From: Treponemataceae bacterium
Lineage (GTDB): Bacteria > Spirochaetota > Spirochaetia > Treponematales > Rectinemataceae
DNA length: 64,000 nucleotides
Direction of reading: 5' to 3'
NCBI GenBank assembly: GCA_963667725.2
Contig: CAXXHO010000003.1
Span: 1,120,001-1,184,000, forward strand
Positions 36,610 to 46,973 of this stretch are shown here, piece after piece (position 1 is the stretch's first letter; each line of letters opens with the position of its first letter). The notes beneath the pieces are model-generated. The model had not been told where the DNA came from and did no database searches. It was given only the letters and a program-made list of their open reading frames with translations. The position numbers were made by a program, and so were the translations under genes.

Positions 36610-37512
36610 ATGCCGCAGAAAAAGCGTAGCCGCGGCATATTGGCGACGCAAAAAACTCCTATCATTCTCATAGCGGTGTCACTTCTCATGATTTCAATTT
36701 CTACGAGAAGCATCCTCAGTCTTCCAGGCGCGGTCGCATCCGCGGTGACTGGCGGGATTCAATATGTCTTCTCATCGGTTGGCGGTTTTGTAAAACGCAC
36801 GATCTTTTCCATCAGCGAACTGGCTGATTTGCGCGACCAGTACAACTCCCTCGCGGATAAACTCAAGACATACGAAACGCTGCAAAGAAATTTTGCCGAC
36901 ATGATGTCGGAAAACGCGAGACTGAAGGAACAGCTGGGATTTGCCCAGAATTTGACGACCATCAAGGCTTCGACGCAGATTATCGCCAAAGACCCTGGAA
37001 ACCTCTATACTAGTTATGTCATCGACAAGGGAAGCGCTGCCGGCATAACGAAAAACATGGCTGTCGCGGCTTTCCAGAACGGCATGCAGGGACTCGCGGG
37101 GAAAATCCTTGACGCGAGGAGCAAATCCAGCGTCGTCCTTCCCATCTTCGACCAGCGTTTCTTCGTATCCGCGCGACTGTCCAGAACGCGCAACGAAGGA
37201 CTGGTGAATGGACAAGGCAACCCCGATGATCCTCTCGTCATGCGCTATGTTTCAAAACTCAACGCGGCGGAAATTCAGATTGGCGATATGGTGGTGACGA
37301 GCGGTCTAGACTCGATTTATCCAAGCGACTTGGCGATAGGGAGGGTAAAGGAGATCCAGCTGCCAGAATACAGCAGCTCGGCGATCATCTTACTGGAGCC
37401 CTCCCTTAACTTTTCCAGGCTGGAATACCTTTTCGTAATCCAGAAAGAAGAAAGCCCATCTTCACCGGACGCGGCGACAATCGCGGAATCGCCGCCACGA
37501 GACGAAAAATGA
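36610..37512 (+). CDS. mreC: Rod shape-determining protein MreC
   Basis: TM, coiled coil ENARLKEQL, IDKGS..GI, GDMVVTSGL..IYP..LAIG. Confidence 0.92.
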   Translation: MPQKKRSRGILATQKTPIILIAVSLLMISISTRSILSLPGAVASAVTGGIQYVFSSVGGFVKRTIFSISELADLRDQYNSLADKLKTYETLQRNFADMMSENARLKEQLGFAQNLTTIKASTQIIAKDPGNLYTSYVIDKGSAAGITKNMAVAAFQNGMQGLAGKILDARSKSSVVLPIFDQRFFVSARLSRTRNEGLVNGQGNPDDPLVMRYVSKLNAAEIQIGDMVVTSGLDSIYPSDLAIGRVKEIQLPEYSSSAIILLEPSLNFSRLEYLFVIQKEESPSSPDAATIAESPPRDEK

Positions 37513-38018
37513 TAAAAGCCGCCTTGTCTTCCACGATACTGTCCTCAGCGTTTCTCATCATCCAGACGACATGGATGAAAAATGGCCTTGTCTGGGGAGT
37601 GATTCCCGATTTTTGCCTTCTTGTCATCCTATGGGTCGCTTACAACAACAGAAACAGCCAGGGGGTTATTACCGGGTTTTTTTCGGGGATAGTCTGCGAT
37701 TTCCTGTCATCCTCTCCGCTGGGATATTTTTCCTTTCTCTACATCATACCCGCTTACGCCGCTACCTTTTTGAGGAAAGTAGTGACCATGGACGCCTTTT
37801 TCATTCCCGTTCTTTTCGGCTTCGCCGGAACGGTGCTTAAAGGGCTAGGGAGCATTTTTCTCCTCCTCATCTATGGCCCGGAATATATGAGCGCCTATTC
37901 CTTGTCGGACTACCGTTTCTGGATCGAAGCGACCTTGAACGGCGCCTTGGCGCCCCTGCTTTTTTTCGGATTGAGCAAGATACGACGACTTCTCGTCACT
38001 AAAAAGGTCACCGAATGA
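37509..38018 (+). CDS. mreD: Rod shape-determining protein MreD
   Basis: Hydrophobic, PDF motif, GFFSG..D; position after mreC. Confidence 0.88.
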   Translation: MIKAALSSTILSSAFLIIQTTWMKNGLVWGVIPDFCLLVILWVAYNNRNSQGVITGFFSGIVCDFLSSSPLGYFSFLYIIPAYAATFLRKVVTMDAFFIPVLFGFAGTVLKGLGSIFLLLIYGPEYMSAYSLSDYRFWIEATLNGALAPLLFFGLSKIRRLLVTKKVTE

Positions 38019-38058
38019 AGAGGGGCGGCAGGTTCGCGGCACCCAGCCTCGAGGTTGG

Positions 38059-39924
38059 ATGATGGGCAACTCTCAGCAGCAGTGGGCCGACAGGACAAAA
38101 CTTCTCAGAGTACTTCTTGGCCTTATCTGTTCGATATATGTTGCCTATCTTTTTAATCTCCAGATCCTTCGCGGAGCGGAATTCAAGGCTCAGGCGCGAA
38201 AATACGCCATCCAGGCCGTAAAGATACCTGCCGCGAGGGGTGAAATCTACGACAGGACCAATGCCGTGCCCCTCGTCACCAACGATGAGGCCTTTTCAGT
38301 GGAAATCATACCCGCGGAAGTCTCCAACGCGAATAGGGACCTAATCTTCGCGCGCGTAGCGGAACTTCTCGACATTAAAGTAAGCGACGTGCGAAATAAA
38401 ATACCGCCGAAATATTATCATCTCTACCAGCCTATAGCGATCACGTCCTCTGCCAGCTATGCCACCATCGCCAAGCTCGCCGAGCACAAGGAAGATTTTC
38501 CGGGAGTTTACTGGAACTCCAGGCCGATCAGACGGTATCTGGAAGTGGAATCTCTCGCTCATGTTTTAGGATACGTCGGAGAGATTGGAAGAGATGAATA
38601 CAAGATACTTTTTAACAAGGGATATTCGTCGGACGATATGGTCGGAAAAGCGGGAATTGAAAAAGTCTATGACTCGATCCTGAAAGGAACCGACGGACAT
38701 CTTCTCAAGACCGTTGACGTAAAAGGCAGGGACCTGGCCGTCGAACAGACAAAAGTGGAAACACCCAAGGCAGGCAAACGGCTCGTGCTTACCATAGACC
38801 GTTCCATCCAGCAGCTTGCGGAAAAGGCGCTGGGGAAGAGAATGGGATCTATTATCGTGATGAAACCGACTACCGGCGAGATTTTAGCCAGCGTATCCTA
38901 TCCCTGGTACGACCCCAATATCTTTTCGTCCAGCAGGGCAGGCGATGAATACGCGAAGCTTCTTGCCGATCCCAACAATCCCTTGTTGAACCGGGCGATC
39001 CAGTCCTCCTATCCGCCGGCATCGACATTTAAAACCGTGCTAACGACTGCCATACTCGAGGAAAAAGTCATTTCGCCAGACCAGAAGATTCTTTGCCGCG
39101 GCGTTATCGATTACGGCGGCAGGGACTGGAACTGCTGGGTTCATAGCCCTGGACATGGGCTTGTGGATTTGAAGGGCGCCCTCGCGCAGTCCTGCGATAT
39201 CTACTACTGGACGGTTGGAAGGGACAACTTAGGCGTGGAGAAAATCGCCAGCTACGCCGGTGATTTCGGCTACGGAAAACTCACCGGCATCGACCTTCCA
39301 GGAGAAAACTCCGGGTTAGTGCCGACTCCAAAATGGAAAGAACAAAATTACAACGAACGATGGACCCTGGGCGATACCATGAATTTATCCATAGGCCAAG
39401 GGTTCATGCTGGCGACGCCGCTTCAGGTAGCCGATATGATCGCCATGATTGTGAACGACGGAATAGTCTATAAGCCTCATATTCTGAAAGAGATACGCGA
39501 TCCCGAAACGGGAGCCATCATTCAATCGGTCGAGCGCGAACAGATCATGAGCGCTTCCATAAGCAAGGCTACCTTCGAGCAAGTCCGAAGAGATCTTCGC
39601 GGCGTCGTCACCGTAGGAGGCTCGGCCAATGTTCCCGTTTCAACAAAAGCGGTGAAGGTAGCCGGCAAAACCGGCACGGCGGAAATTGGACTGAAGGACA
39701 GATGGCATTCATGGTTCGCGTCGTATGGTCCCTACGACGCTTCCCCTGAGGACCAGATAATTGTCGTTACCATGATAGAAGCCAGCAATCCATGGGAATG
39801 GTGGGCTCCCTATGCTGCCAATGTCATTTACCAGGGTATTTTCAGCGGACAGGACGCGGAGACCGCGGCCAAGTCCGTGGGGTTGAACCTTCAAGGCTCG
39901 CTGCGAAGGGGGAGGGCCGAATGA
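38059..39924 (+). CDS. mrdA: Penicillin-binding protein 2
   Basis: ARGEIYDR, YPPASTFK (SxxK), SCD, KTGTAE. Confidence 0.93.
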   Translation: MMGNSQQQWADRTKLLRVLLGLICSIYVAYLFNLQILRGAEFKAQARKYAIQAVKIPAARGEIYDRTNAVPLVTNDEAFSVEIIPAEVSNANRDLIFARVAELLDIKVSDVRNKIPPKYYHLYQPIAITSSASYATIAKLAEHKEDFPGVYWNSRPIRRYLEVESLAHVLGYVGEIGRDEYKILFNKGYSSDDMVGKAGIEKVYDSILKGTDGHLLKTVDVKGRDLAVEQTKVETPKAGKRLVLTIDRSIQQLAEKALGKRMGSIIVMKPTTGEILASVSYPWYDPNIFSSSRAGDEYAKLLADPNNPLLNRAIQSSYPPASTFKTVLTTAILEEKVISPDQKILCRGVIDYGGRDWNCWVHSPGHGLVDLKGALAQSCDIYYWTVGRDNLGVEKIASYAGDFGYGKLTGIDLPGENSGLVPTPKWKEQNYNERWTLGDTMNLSIGQGFMLATPLQVADMIAMIVNDGIVYKPHILKEIRDPETGAIIQSVEREQIMSASISKATFEQVRRDLRGVVTVGGSANVPVSTKAVKVAGKTGTAEIGLKDRWHSWFASYGPYDASPEDQIIVVTMIEASNPWEWWAPYAANVIYQGIFSGQDAETAAKSVGLNLQGSLRRGRAE

Positions 39925-41240
39925 AGCATTTTCAGTTGCCGAAATTCCTCTCGGACATCGATTACTCGCTTCTGCTCATCACTGCCCTCCTCATAGGAAT
40001 CGGCATTCTTTCGATAGCTTCCGCCGGAATCGACACCGAAGGTTTCCGATTCTCGGACGAGTATTCCAAGCAGATTATCTGGGCGGCCACCGGAGCCTTG
40101 CTAGCCCTGATCGCTATGGGTCTCGATATTTCGCGGCTGAAGGATTATTCTTTTCTGGCCTATGTCATTCTATGCCTTATACTGGTCTACACCCGATTCG
40201 CCGGAAGGGTAGTCAATGGCGCCCGTTCCTGGATCGGTATCGGCGATAATGGAATTCAGCCCTCGGAATTCGCGAAAATCACCACCATCCTCTTCCTGGC
40301 CCGATATCTGGACGCGTCCGAACAGATGAGCAGTTTCAGGCGCCTCCTCACCAGCGGCTGCATCATAGCCGTTCCCGTTCTTCTCATCCTTTCCCAGCCT
40401 GATTTCGGATCGGCGCTCGTATTTTTTCCCATTCTCATCGCCATGCTGTATATGGGGGAAATCGATATACGATATACGCTCTTCATGGTTCTGACGATCC
40501 TGGTCACTTTCATTCTTCTTATACTCCCTCTCGCCGGCAAGTATTTTTTCAACAGCGGAAACCTGATAGACCTTTTTTTCCAGCGTACCGTTTTGGTGAG
40601 GCTGGTCGTCAGTTTCTTCTTCGTCGTTCTGGGACTCGCGTCCTGGGGCTGGTTCGTTTTCAAGAAAAAGTACTATTTCTGGCTTTCCTATATTTTTGCT
40701 ATTTTTGACATCTCAATCCTGATATCCTTTCTGGCGCACAAGGTTCTAAAAGAATACCAGATAATGCGTTTGATGGTCTTCCTGAATCCCAACGTCGATC
40801 CTCAAGGCGCCGGATGGAATATCATACAGGCGGTCACGGCAATAGGTTCCGGCGGACTGGCAGGAAAGGGCTATATGCAGGGGACGCAGAGTCACGCTCG
40901 GTTTATACCCCAGCAGAGTACGGACTTCATTTTTTCCATAATAGCGGAAGAATGGGGCCTCTTAGGCGGAATCATCCTGATTTTCTTGTTCGGCGCCCTC
41001 ATGTATCGAATTATCTCCCTGATCGAGACCACGAAAGACCGCTATTCGATGCTCGTCTGCGGCGGTTTCTTTGGAATGTTCTTTTTCCATTTTATGATCA
41101 ACATCGGCATGGCCATCGGCATCATGCCGATCACCGGCATTCCTCTTTATTTCATCTCATATGGCGGATCTTCCCTATGGGCGGCCATGACTGCCATAGG
41201 TTTCCTTCTCGGTATATCCGCCCGAAGGTACAGAATGTGA
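39921..41240 (+). CDS. rodA: Rod shape-determining protein RodA (SEDS family)
   Basis: QPSEFAK, QPDFG, AIGSGG, TDFIFS..AEEWG, PITGIPL.FISYGGSS. Confidence 0.94.
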   Translation: MKHFQLPKFLSDIDYSLLLITALLIGIGILSIASAGIDTEGFRFSDEYSKQIIWAATGALLALIAMGLDISRLKDYSFLAYVILCLILVYTRFAGRVVNGARSWIGIGDNGIQPSEFAKITTILFLARYLDASEQMSSFRRLLTSGCIIAVPVLLILSQPDFGSALVFFPILIAMLYMGEIDIRYTLFMVLTILVTFILLILPLAGKYFFNSGNLIDLFFQRTVLVRLVVSFFFVVLGLASWGWFVFKKKYYFWLSYIFAIFDISILISFLAHKVLKEYQIMRLMVFLNPNVDPQGAGWNIIQAVTAIGSGGLAGKGYMQGTQSHARFIPQQSTDFIFSIIAEEWGLLGGIILIFLFGALMYRIISLIETTKDRYSMLVCGGFFGMFFFHFMINIGMAIGIMPITGIPLYFISYGGSSLWAAMTAIGFLLGISARRYRM

Positions 41241-43783
41241 CAGCAGAACGATTCATCGATCCGATAAACGACTTCGGTTCGGAACTTTATTCAATCATGA
41301 AACCGGCCCGCTATTTGGGCGGCGAACTGGGTTCCCATCCAAGCGTCGACCCAAACGACGAGCGCCTGAAAGTCGCGCTCTGCTTTCCCGACCTCTACGA
41401 AATCGGAATGTCGAACAACGCGATTCGTATACTCTATAACGACATCGGCAAGCTCTCGGATGAAATAGTCTGCGAACGCGTGTTCGCCCCCGCCCCCGAT
41501 TTCGAGACGCTGCTCAAGCGGCGTGGCATTCCCCTCTACACGCTCGAAAGCGGCATACCGCTGCGGGCCTGCGACATCCTGGGCTTTTCGATCGGCTACG
41601 AGCTTCTCGCCACCAATATCCTCACCGTGCTCGATGTGGGCCAGATCCCCATTCTCTCCCAGGATCGAGGCGAAGACGATCCTATCGTGATAGCCGGCGG
41701 CCCGGCCGTGACCAATCCGCATCCCTTCAGCCGATTTCTGGATGCCGTCTATATAGGCGAAGCCGAAGGTGGCTTCTATGCCCTGCTTCAGGAGCTGGCA
41801 AGGCTAAGGCGGAATGGAGCCAAGAGGAAAGCGCTGCTCGAATGCCTGCGCTCCTCAAAATCCATATGGATGCCTAAAACCGCCACGAGCGCAGCCAAGC
41901 CGGCCCTGCGAGCCGTTTTCGCTGATTTCTCGACATCGACGGCTTCCACGGCTTTTCCCATCCCGATAATCCAGACGATACAAAGCCACGGATCCGTGGA
42001 AATCATGCGCGGATGCCCCAATGGCTGCAGATTCTGTCATGCGGGTTACTACTATCGGCCCCAGCGCGTGAAATCGACAGCGCAGATTGAGACTGAGGTC
42101 AAAGCCCTCGTGGAAAACGGCGGCTATAGAGAAATAACGCTTTCCTCGCTCTCCAGCGGCGATTATCCCGACATCGTGGGGCTTTTCAAGAGGCTTAATG
42201 CCTCCTGGAAGGACCGTTTCGTGTCCTTCCAGCTGCCCAGCCTCAAAGTGGATTCCTTCACGCTGCCGCTCTTGGCCGAGCTCTCTGAAGTGCGCAAATC
42301 GGGGCTCACCTTCGCCGTTGAAACGCCTATAGAGTCATGGCAGGCCTCCATCAACAAGACAGTAAGCTTCGATAAGATCGCCGAAATTCTGAAAGAAGCC
42401 AAACAATATGGATTCAGGTCAGCGAAATTCTATTTCATGATCGGATTGCCGGTACCGGGAAAGGGCAGGGGGGAAGGGGAGGCGATCGTCGAATTTCTCC
42501 GAAAAATTGCCCAAGTCGAAAGAATCGCCCTCAACGTAAACATCGGAACCTTCGTGCCTAAACCCCATACGCCCTATGCCAGAGAAGCGCAGATAGGGGA
42601 AAAAGAAGCGCTGGATACCATCTATTATATAAAAGACGCGTTGAGGCCCTTTAAATACATCTCGATAACTTACCATTCCCCTTTTACCGCTCTTCTGGAG
42701 GGTATCCTGTCCAGAGGCGACGACAGGGTGGGGGAGATCATCCTCTCCGCCTACTCCAAGGGAGCCAGGCTGGACGCCTGGGACGAGCATTTCAAGAAAG
42801 AAACCTGGAAGGAAGTCTTCGCCGAGACGCTCGAAAAAAATGGTTACGACCCTTCCCTTGAGTACATGAAAGGCAAACCGACCGGATCAAGCTTGCCATG
42901 GGACGATATAAATCTATTTATTAGCAATAATTACTATAATACGGAGAGCAAGAAGTCGCTTTCGAGCGAGATGACTGGCGCCTGTACAGACGACTGCGAT
43001 CATCCCTGCGGAGCATGCAACGACGCTTTTCATTTAGTATCCAATACTATACAACCAGAACAATCGGTATTGGAGTCCAAGCCGGCAATTTCCGAAATTC
43101 TGCCATCGACGCGCGGATTCACGATTGGGGAGGCTTTTAAAACCTCCAGCGAAGATATACGCCTTGTGGTTTCCTTTAAAAAGGAGATGAATGCCTCGTT
43201 TTATCCATTACATTCAATATCCGGAATATATTCAAGGGCTTTTTTCATCCTGGGTTTGCCGATCCGCTTCACCGAAGGATTCAATCCGCTTCCTCGCATG
43301 GAATTCAGCCAGCCTTTGGCGCTGGGCGTTGAATCGGATGACGACATAATGGCCGTATGGCTCAATTCTTCGCTGGAAATCGCGGATTCCGGAGCTTTTA
43401 TCAAAGCTTTCAATAGCTGCCTGCCTAAGGGCATCGTCGTCAACGATGTACGCATCGGCAAAAGCCGCAGCGAAGGCAAAAACTCGATAGGATCCTTGTA
43501 TTGGGGATCTCGTTACGAGGCGCGCATGGATGATGACGAGAACTTTAAGCGGCTTGAAAATACCCTGACTGAAGCGAGCCTTCATGAGGCGATATCGACT
43601 GACGCGTCAACGAGATCCATTATGATTACGCTGAATGACGCGCATGGCGGCGACAGGAATATCATAAAACTTTTTTCAAACGCTCTGGACGCGGAAAAAG
43701 TATTGGATCATTGCTCGATACGAAGGAAAAGCAGCCTGATCTTGCAGGATGAAAAAGCTATAAGGCTATTTGACGCCTTATAG
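41237..43783 (+). CDS. Radical SAM protein (TIGR03960-like) fused to a radical-SAM-linked domain (TIGR03936-like)
   Basis: KPARYLGGE, FPDLYEIGMS, RGCPNGCRFC (CxxxCxxC), YFMIGLP, FVPKPHTP; C-terminal FTEGFNP.PRMEF..PLALG.ES; GTG overlaps the rodA stop. Confidence 0.85.
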   Translation: MTAERFIDPINDFGSELYSIMKPARYLGGELGSHPSVDPNDERLKVALCFPDLYEIGMSNNAIRILYNDIGKLSDEIVCERVFAPAPDFETLLKRRGIPLYTLESGIPLRACDILGFSIGYELLATNILTVLDVGQIPILSQDRGEDDPIVIAGGPAVTNPHPFSRFLDAVYIGEAEGGFYALLQELARLRRNGAKRKALLECLRSSKSIWMPKTATSAAKPALRAVFADFSTSTASTAFPIPIIQTIQSHGSVEIMRGCPNGCRFCHAGYYYRPQRVKSTAQIETEVKALVENGGYREITLSSLSSGDYPDIVGLFKRLNASWKDRFVSFQLPSLKVDSFTLPLLAELSEVRKSGLTFAVETPIESWQASINKTVSFDKIAEILKEAKQYGFRSAKFYFMIGLPVPGKGRGEGEAIVEFLRKIAQVERIALNVNIGTFVPKPHTPYAREAQIGEKEALDTIYYIKDALRPFKYISITYHSPFTALLEGILSRGDDRVGEIILSAYSKGARLDAWDEHFKKETWKEVFAETLEKNGYDPSLEYMKGKPTGSSLPWDDINLFISNNYYNTESKKSLSSEMTGACTDDCDHPCGACNDAFHLVSNTIQPEQSVLESKPAISEILPSTRGFTIGEAFKTSSEDIRLVVSFKKEMNASFYPLHSISGIYSRAFFILGLPIRFTEGFNPLPRMEFSQPLALGVESDDDIMAVWLNSSLEIADSGAFIKAFNSCLPKGIVVNDVRIGKSRSEGKNSIGSLYWGSRYEARMDDDENFKRLENTLTEASLHEAISTDASTRSIMITLNDAHGGDRNIIKLFSNALDAEKVLDHCSIRRKSSLILQDEKAIRLFDAL

Positions 43784-43888
43784 CGTTCTGCTGTTCCATG
43801 GAGAGAGGCTTGAGTTTTCATGGCTTGAGCCGCTTTTCTTATTAAATGGTTACACTACAGTAGACAGAATATACATTATACGAAGTCG

Positions 43889-44593
43889 CTAGTATTCCAC
43901 GTAGCTCGTCGGTATATAAGGCATGCTGTAGACGGTCTGCCCTATCGTTGACTGATCCAAACCGTAGGAAACCGAAAATAGCACAATATAGTAAGTATCG
44001 GAGCTGCTGCCGGTCGTTCCATTATAATCATCATCGCCGGCATTGAAATCTTTTTCAGAGAAGCGCACATCCGAACTTGTAGAATCAAGAGTCCTGACCA
44101 TTATCGATATGTCATTTGAGCTGGAGTCAAGTAACGGAGTATTGCTATCATCGGTCAACAGCCAATCAGCGGTACTGCTGATATTTATATAAAATGAGCT
44201 TTCATCGCTTGCATCTATAGGAATGAGGGGTTCGCTTCTCGAATAGCTGTTGCGAAGTCTGGAAAATTTATAGCTGCTTCCGGAGAGAAGGCTCATCAAC
44301 GAATCGGGATTATCGGCATATGAATCCACAAGGTCTGGAAGCGTTGTAGAAACCATCGCTGAAGCTGCATTCTCGTTCTGGTAAATGCGATAGAAAATTT
44401 CTATCCCTTTATACGTCTGGCTGGTTCCCTCAGACGACTCATAATTCCGAGGATCATTCTTAACGCTTAAACCAGCGTTATCCACAGACATGTACTGAGG
44501 AGGATAAAGATATGCCACTGTAGGCAGCCCGCAGCCCGCGGCGAGGAGCGCGAAAGCGAGACAAATCACGATACTGCGCGCATGCTTGGTCAT
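43889..44593 (-). CDS. Putative lipoprotein, Ser/Asp-rich
   Basis: Signal peptide ending LLAAGC; AGGAG upstream; visibly more AT-rich than its neighbours. Confidence 0.75.
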   Translation of the reverse strand: MTKHARSIVICLAFALLAAGCGLPTVAYLYPPQYMSVDNAGLSVKNDPRNYESSEGTSQTYKGIEIFYRIYQNENAASAMVSTTLPDLVDSYADNPDSLMSLLSGSSYKFSRLRNSYSRSEPLIPIDASDESSFYINISSTADWLLTDDSNTPLLDSSSNDISIMVRTLDSTSSDVRFSEKDFNAGDDDYNGTTGSSSDTYYIVLFSVSYGLDQSTIGQTVYSMPYIPTSYVEY

Positions 44594-44618
44594 TCGGCTT
44601 TATTCCTACTCCTATAAT

Positions 44619-44668
44619 AAAAAAGCAGGATCGAGCCTCGCTCAATGCGACGGCGAACCTGCTTTTTT
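44619..44668. terminator. Long bidirectional terminator-like hairpin
   Basis: aaaaaagcagg...gcctcgc-tcaat-gcga.ggc...cctgctttttt. Confidence 0.75.
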
Positions 44669-44696
44669 CTATATAAACCTGCTAAGCGATAAATCG

Positions 44697-45416
44697 TTAC
44701 TTATCGTATCCCTGGGCTTTCAGATAAATAACCCTATCCTTGGCGAGCTTGGCCCAATCGGTGTTCGGGAAGTCGGAGAGAATCTTGTTGTAGCTTTCGA
44801 GAGCCGCCTTCCATTCGGACTTGGCTTCGCCCAGGCGCGCGACGGAGAAATAAGCATGGGCGAGGTTGGGCGTATCCTCTTTGTACTGGGCGATGATTTT
44901 GTTGTAGTATTCGAGGGCTACGTCGGCCTTCCCCTGCTCTTCCGCGGCTACGGCTGCGCTTTCCAGAGCCAGGGGCGCCAGGTAGGTCTTGGGAAGCTTG
45001 TTGGCGGCCTCAAGACTGGCGGTTTCGGCGTTAGCCCAATCTTTCTTCACCGCATAGAGACTGCTCTTGGTAAAGAGAGCCTGCTGGGCGGCGAATGATT
45101 TCGGCCACTTCTTCGTCACGGTATCGATATCGGCCATGATGCCGGTTTCAATTTCGGTCTTTTTCGCTTCTTCGGATTCATTATTCCACGTGGCAATCTT
45201 ATTTCTTACTTCTTCCATGGCGCGCGAGGAGTTTTCAGCCGTGGAGTTGGCTATGATGGTATAGAGGCCCACAATCAGAAGAATGCCGACTACGGCGCCC
45301 GTGATGGAGAGAACGAGAACTTTTTTCTTGCTGATGAATTCGGAAAGCTTCTGGGTGAAGTCTTTTTTTCCCTCTTCCTCATTCTCGGGCTTTATGATTT
45401 TTGCCTTTGTTTCCAT
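44697..45416 (-). CDS. YfgM-like membrane-anchored TPR protein
   Basis: Single N-terminal TM followed by TPR-like helices; ATG at 45416 after AGGAG. Confidence 0.75.
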   Translation of the reverse strand: METKAKIIKPENEEEGKKDFTQKLSEFISKKKVLVLSITGAVVGILLIVGLYTIIANSTAENSSRAMEEVRNKIATWNNESEEAKKTEIETGIMADIDTVTKKWPKSFAAQQALFTKSSLYAVKKDWANAETASLEAANKLPKTYLAPLALESAAVAAEEQGKADVALEYYNKIIAQYKEDTPNLAHAYFSVARLGEAKSEWKAALESYNKILSDFPNTDWAKLAKDRVIYLKAQGYDK

Positions 45417-45423
45417 AGATTGC

Positions 45424-46935
45424 TCACTCCTTGGGTTGTGCAATATTAAGCTCTTTTATCAATCTTGATAAGTAGGTTCGCTGTATATTCATGGCCTTGG
45501 CTGTCGCCGTCTGATTCCAGCCATGAAGTTCTAGAGACTTCCGGATGAAGTGCGTCTTGAACACATTGATGGCTTCCCTGAGGTTTTTTCCGTTAAAGTC
45601 GTCGACATCTTCGCTTTTGCCGCCCAGCATCAGATCGCCGGCCGTGATCACGTGATGTCTGGTCATGACAGCGGCGCGCTCGACAGCGTTCTCGAGTTCG
45701 CGGACGTTGCCGGGCCAGGCATAGGAGAGCATGCACTCCATGGCCGAATCGGAAAACCCGCTTATCTGCTTGTTGGTTTCTCTGGCGGCCTGCTTAAGAA
45801 AATGCGACGCAAGGGCGGGAATGTCCTCTTTGCGCTCGCGAAGCGGCGGTATATAGAGGGGAAGCACATTGAGGCGATAGTACAGGTCGGAACGAAATTC
45901 CTGATTGCTCACCATGGCTTCGAGGTTTCTATTTGTGGCGGCGACGATACGAACGTCGACGGTCTTTGTTTCGGACGAGCCCACTTTCTCGAAGCTTTTC
46001 TGCTGGAGCACGCGAAGCAGTTTTGACTGGAGGCGAAGCGGCATTTCGGCTATTTCGTCGAGGAAGATGGTGCCGCCGTCGGCTATCTCGAAACGCCCTT
46101 TCCTGTCCTGATACGCGTCGGTAAAGGCGCCTTTCACGTGTCCGAAGAGTTCGCTTTCAAGGAGGGTTTCGGGAAGGGCGGCGCAGTTAACGCGCACAAA
46201 AGGTTTTTCGGCACGTTTGGACGCGTGGTGCAGCCTTTCCGCGAAAAGTTCCTTCCCTACCCCGCTTTCTCCCAGGATGAGCACGGAGGCATCGCTGGGG
46301 GCTATCCTGTCTATGAGGTCGACTTTTTCGGCTATCGCGCCGGAAGCGAACACGAGGGTATGCCAGCCTGAATTGGCGAGAGCTTTTTCATTTAAATATG
46401 AGAGTTCGATGGATGTTTTTTCCATAAACTTCGCGTTCTCGACGGCTATCGCCGCCTGCATCGCGAAAAGTTCGAGCCAATAGAGATCTTCTTCAAGGAA
46501 GTATCTGCCTTGCGTCTTATTGATCACTTCGATGACGCCGACCAGAACGCCTTTTACCTTCATGGGCACGGCGAGTATGGAGTTTGTCGGGAAATCTATT
46601 TCTTTGGAGATCGAGGGAGAAAATCGGGAATCGCCGGCCGGATCGTTGACGATGAGCGATTGCCCATGCTGGACCACCCAGCCGATGATCCCTTCCTTGG
46701 GATCCTGAACCTTCCCGGTTATTTCGGCTTTTTTCGGTCCGATGGCTATCTCAAAATGAAGTTTGCCGGCGACAGGATCATATAAAACGAGGCTCGCCGC
46801 TTCCGCGCCGACGAGCCTCGCCGATGATTCGATAATCTGCGACATGAGAACGTTTCCGTCGGCATAATTCGAGTTAATCAATGCGCAAACATCGATGAGC
46901 AACTCAAACTTCGCCTGGTCTATCGTCCCCACCAT
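45424..46935 (-). CDS. GAF-domain sigma54-dependent transcriptional activator (NifA/FhlA-type architecture)
   Basis: N-terminal GAF; GESGVGKE, ESELFGH.KGAFTDA, FLDEI, RIVAATN, WPGNVREL, Fis-type HTH. Confidence 0.92.
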   Translation of the reverse strand: MVGTIDQAKFELLIDVCALINSNYADGNVLMSQIIESSARLVGAEAASLVLYDPVAGKLHFEIAIGPKKAEITGKVQDPKEGIIGWVVQHGQSLIVNDPAGDSRFSPSISKEIDFPTNSILAVPMKVKGVLVGVIEVINKTQGRYFLEEDLYWLELFAMQAAIAVENAKFMEKTSIELSYLNEKALANSGWHTLVFASGAIAEKVDLIDRIAPSDASVLILGESGVGKELFAERLHHASKRAEKPFVRVNCAALPETLLESELFGHVKGAFTDAYQDRKGRFEIADGGTIFLDEIAEMPLRLQSKLLRVLQQKSFEKVGSSETKTVDVRIVAATNRNLEAMVSNQEFRSDLYYRLNVLPLYIPPLRERKEDIPALASHFLKQAARETNKQISGFSDSAMECMLSYAWPGNVRELENAVERAAVMTRHHVITAGDLMLGGKSEDVDDFNGKNLREAINVFKTHFIRKSLELHGWNQTATAKAMNIQRTYLSRLIKELNIAQPKE

Positions 46936-46973
46936 CGCCTTTGTCTTTTCTCAATATGCCGCAGCGCGGCAGA

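Noticed and set aside
40814..41236. N-terminal 141 aa of the 989-aa ORF, suggesting a long overlap with rodA
   Set aside because: Off-frame read of rodA; family similarity begins after GTG at 41237
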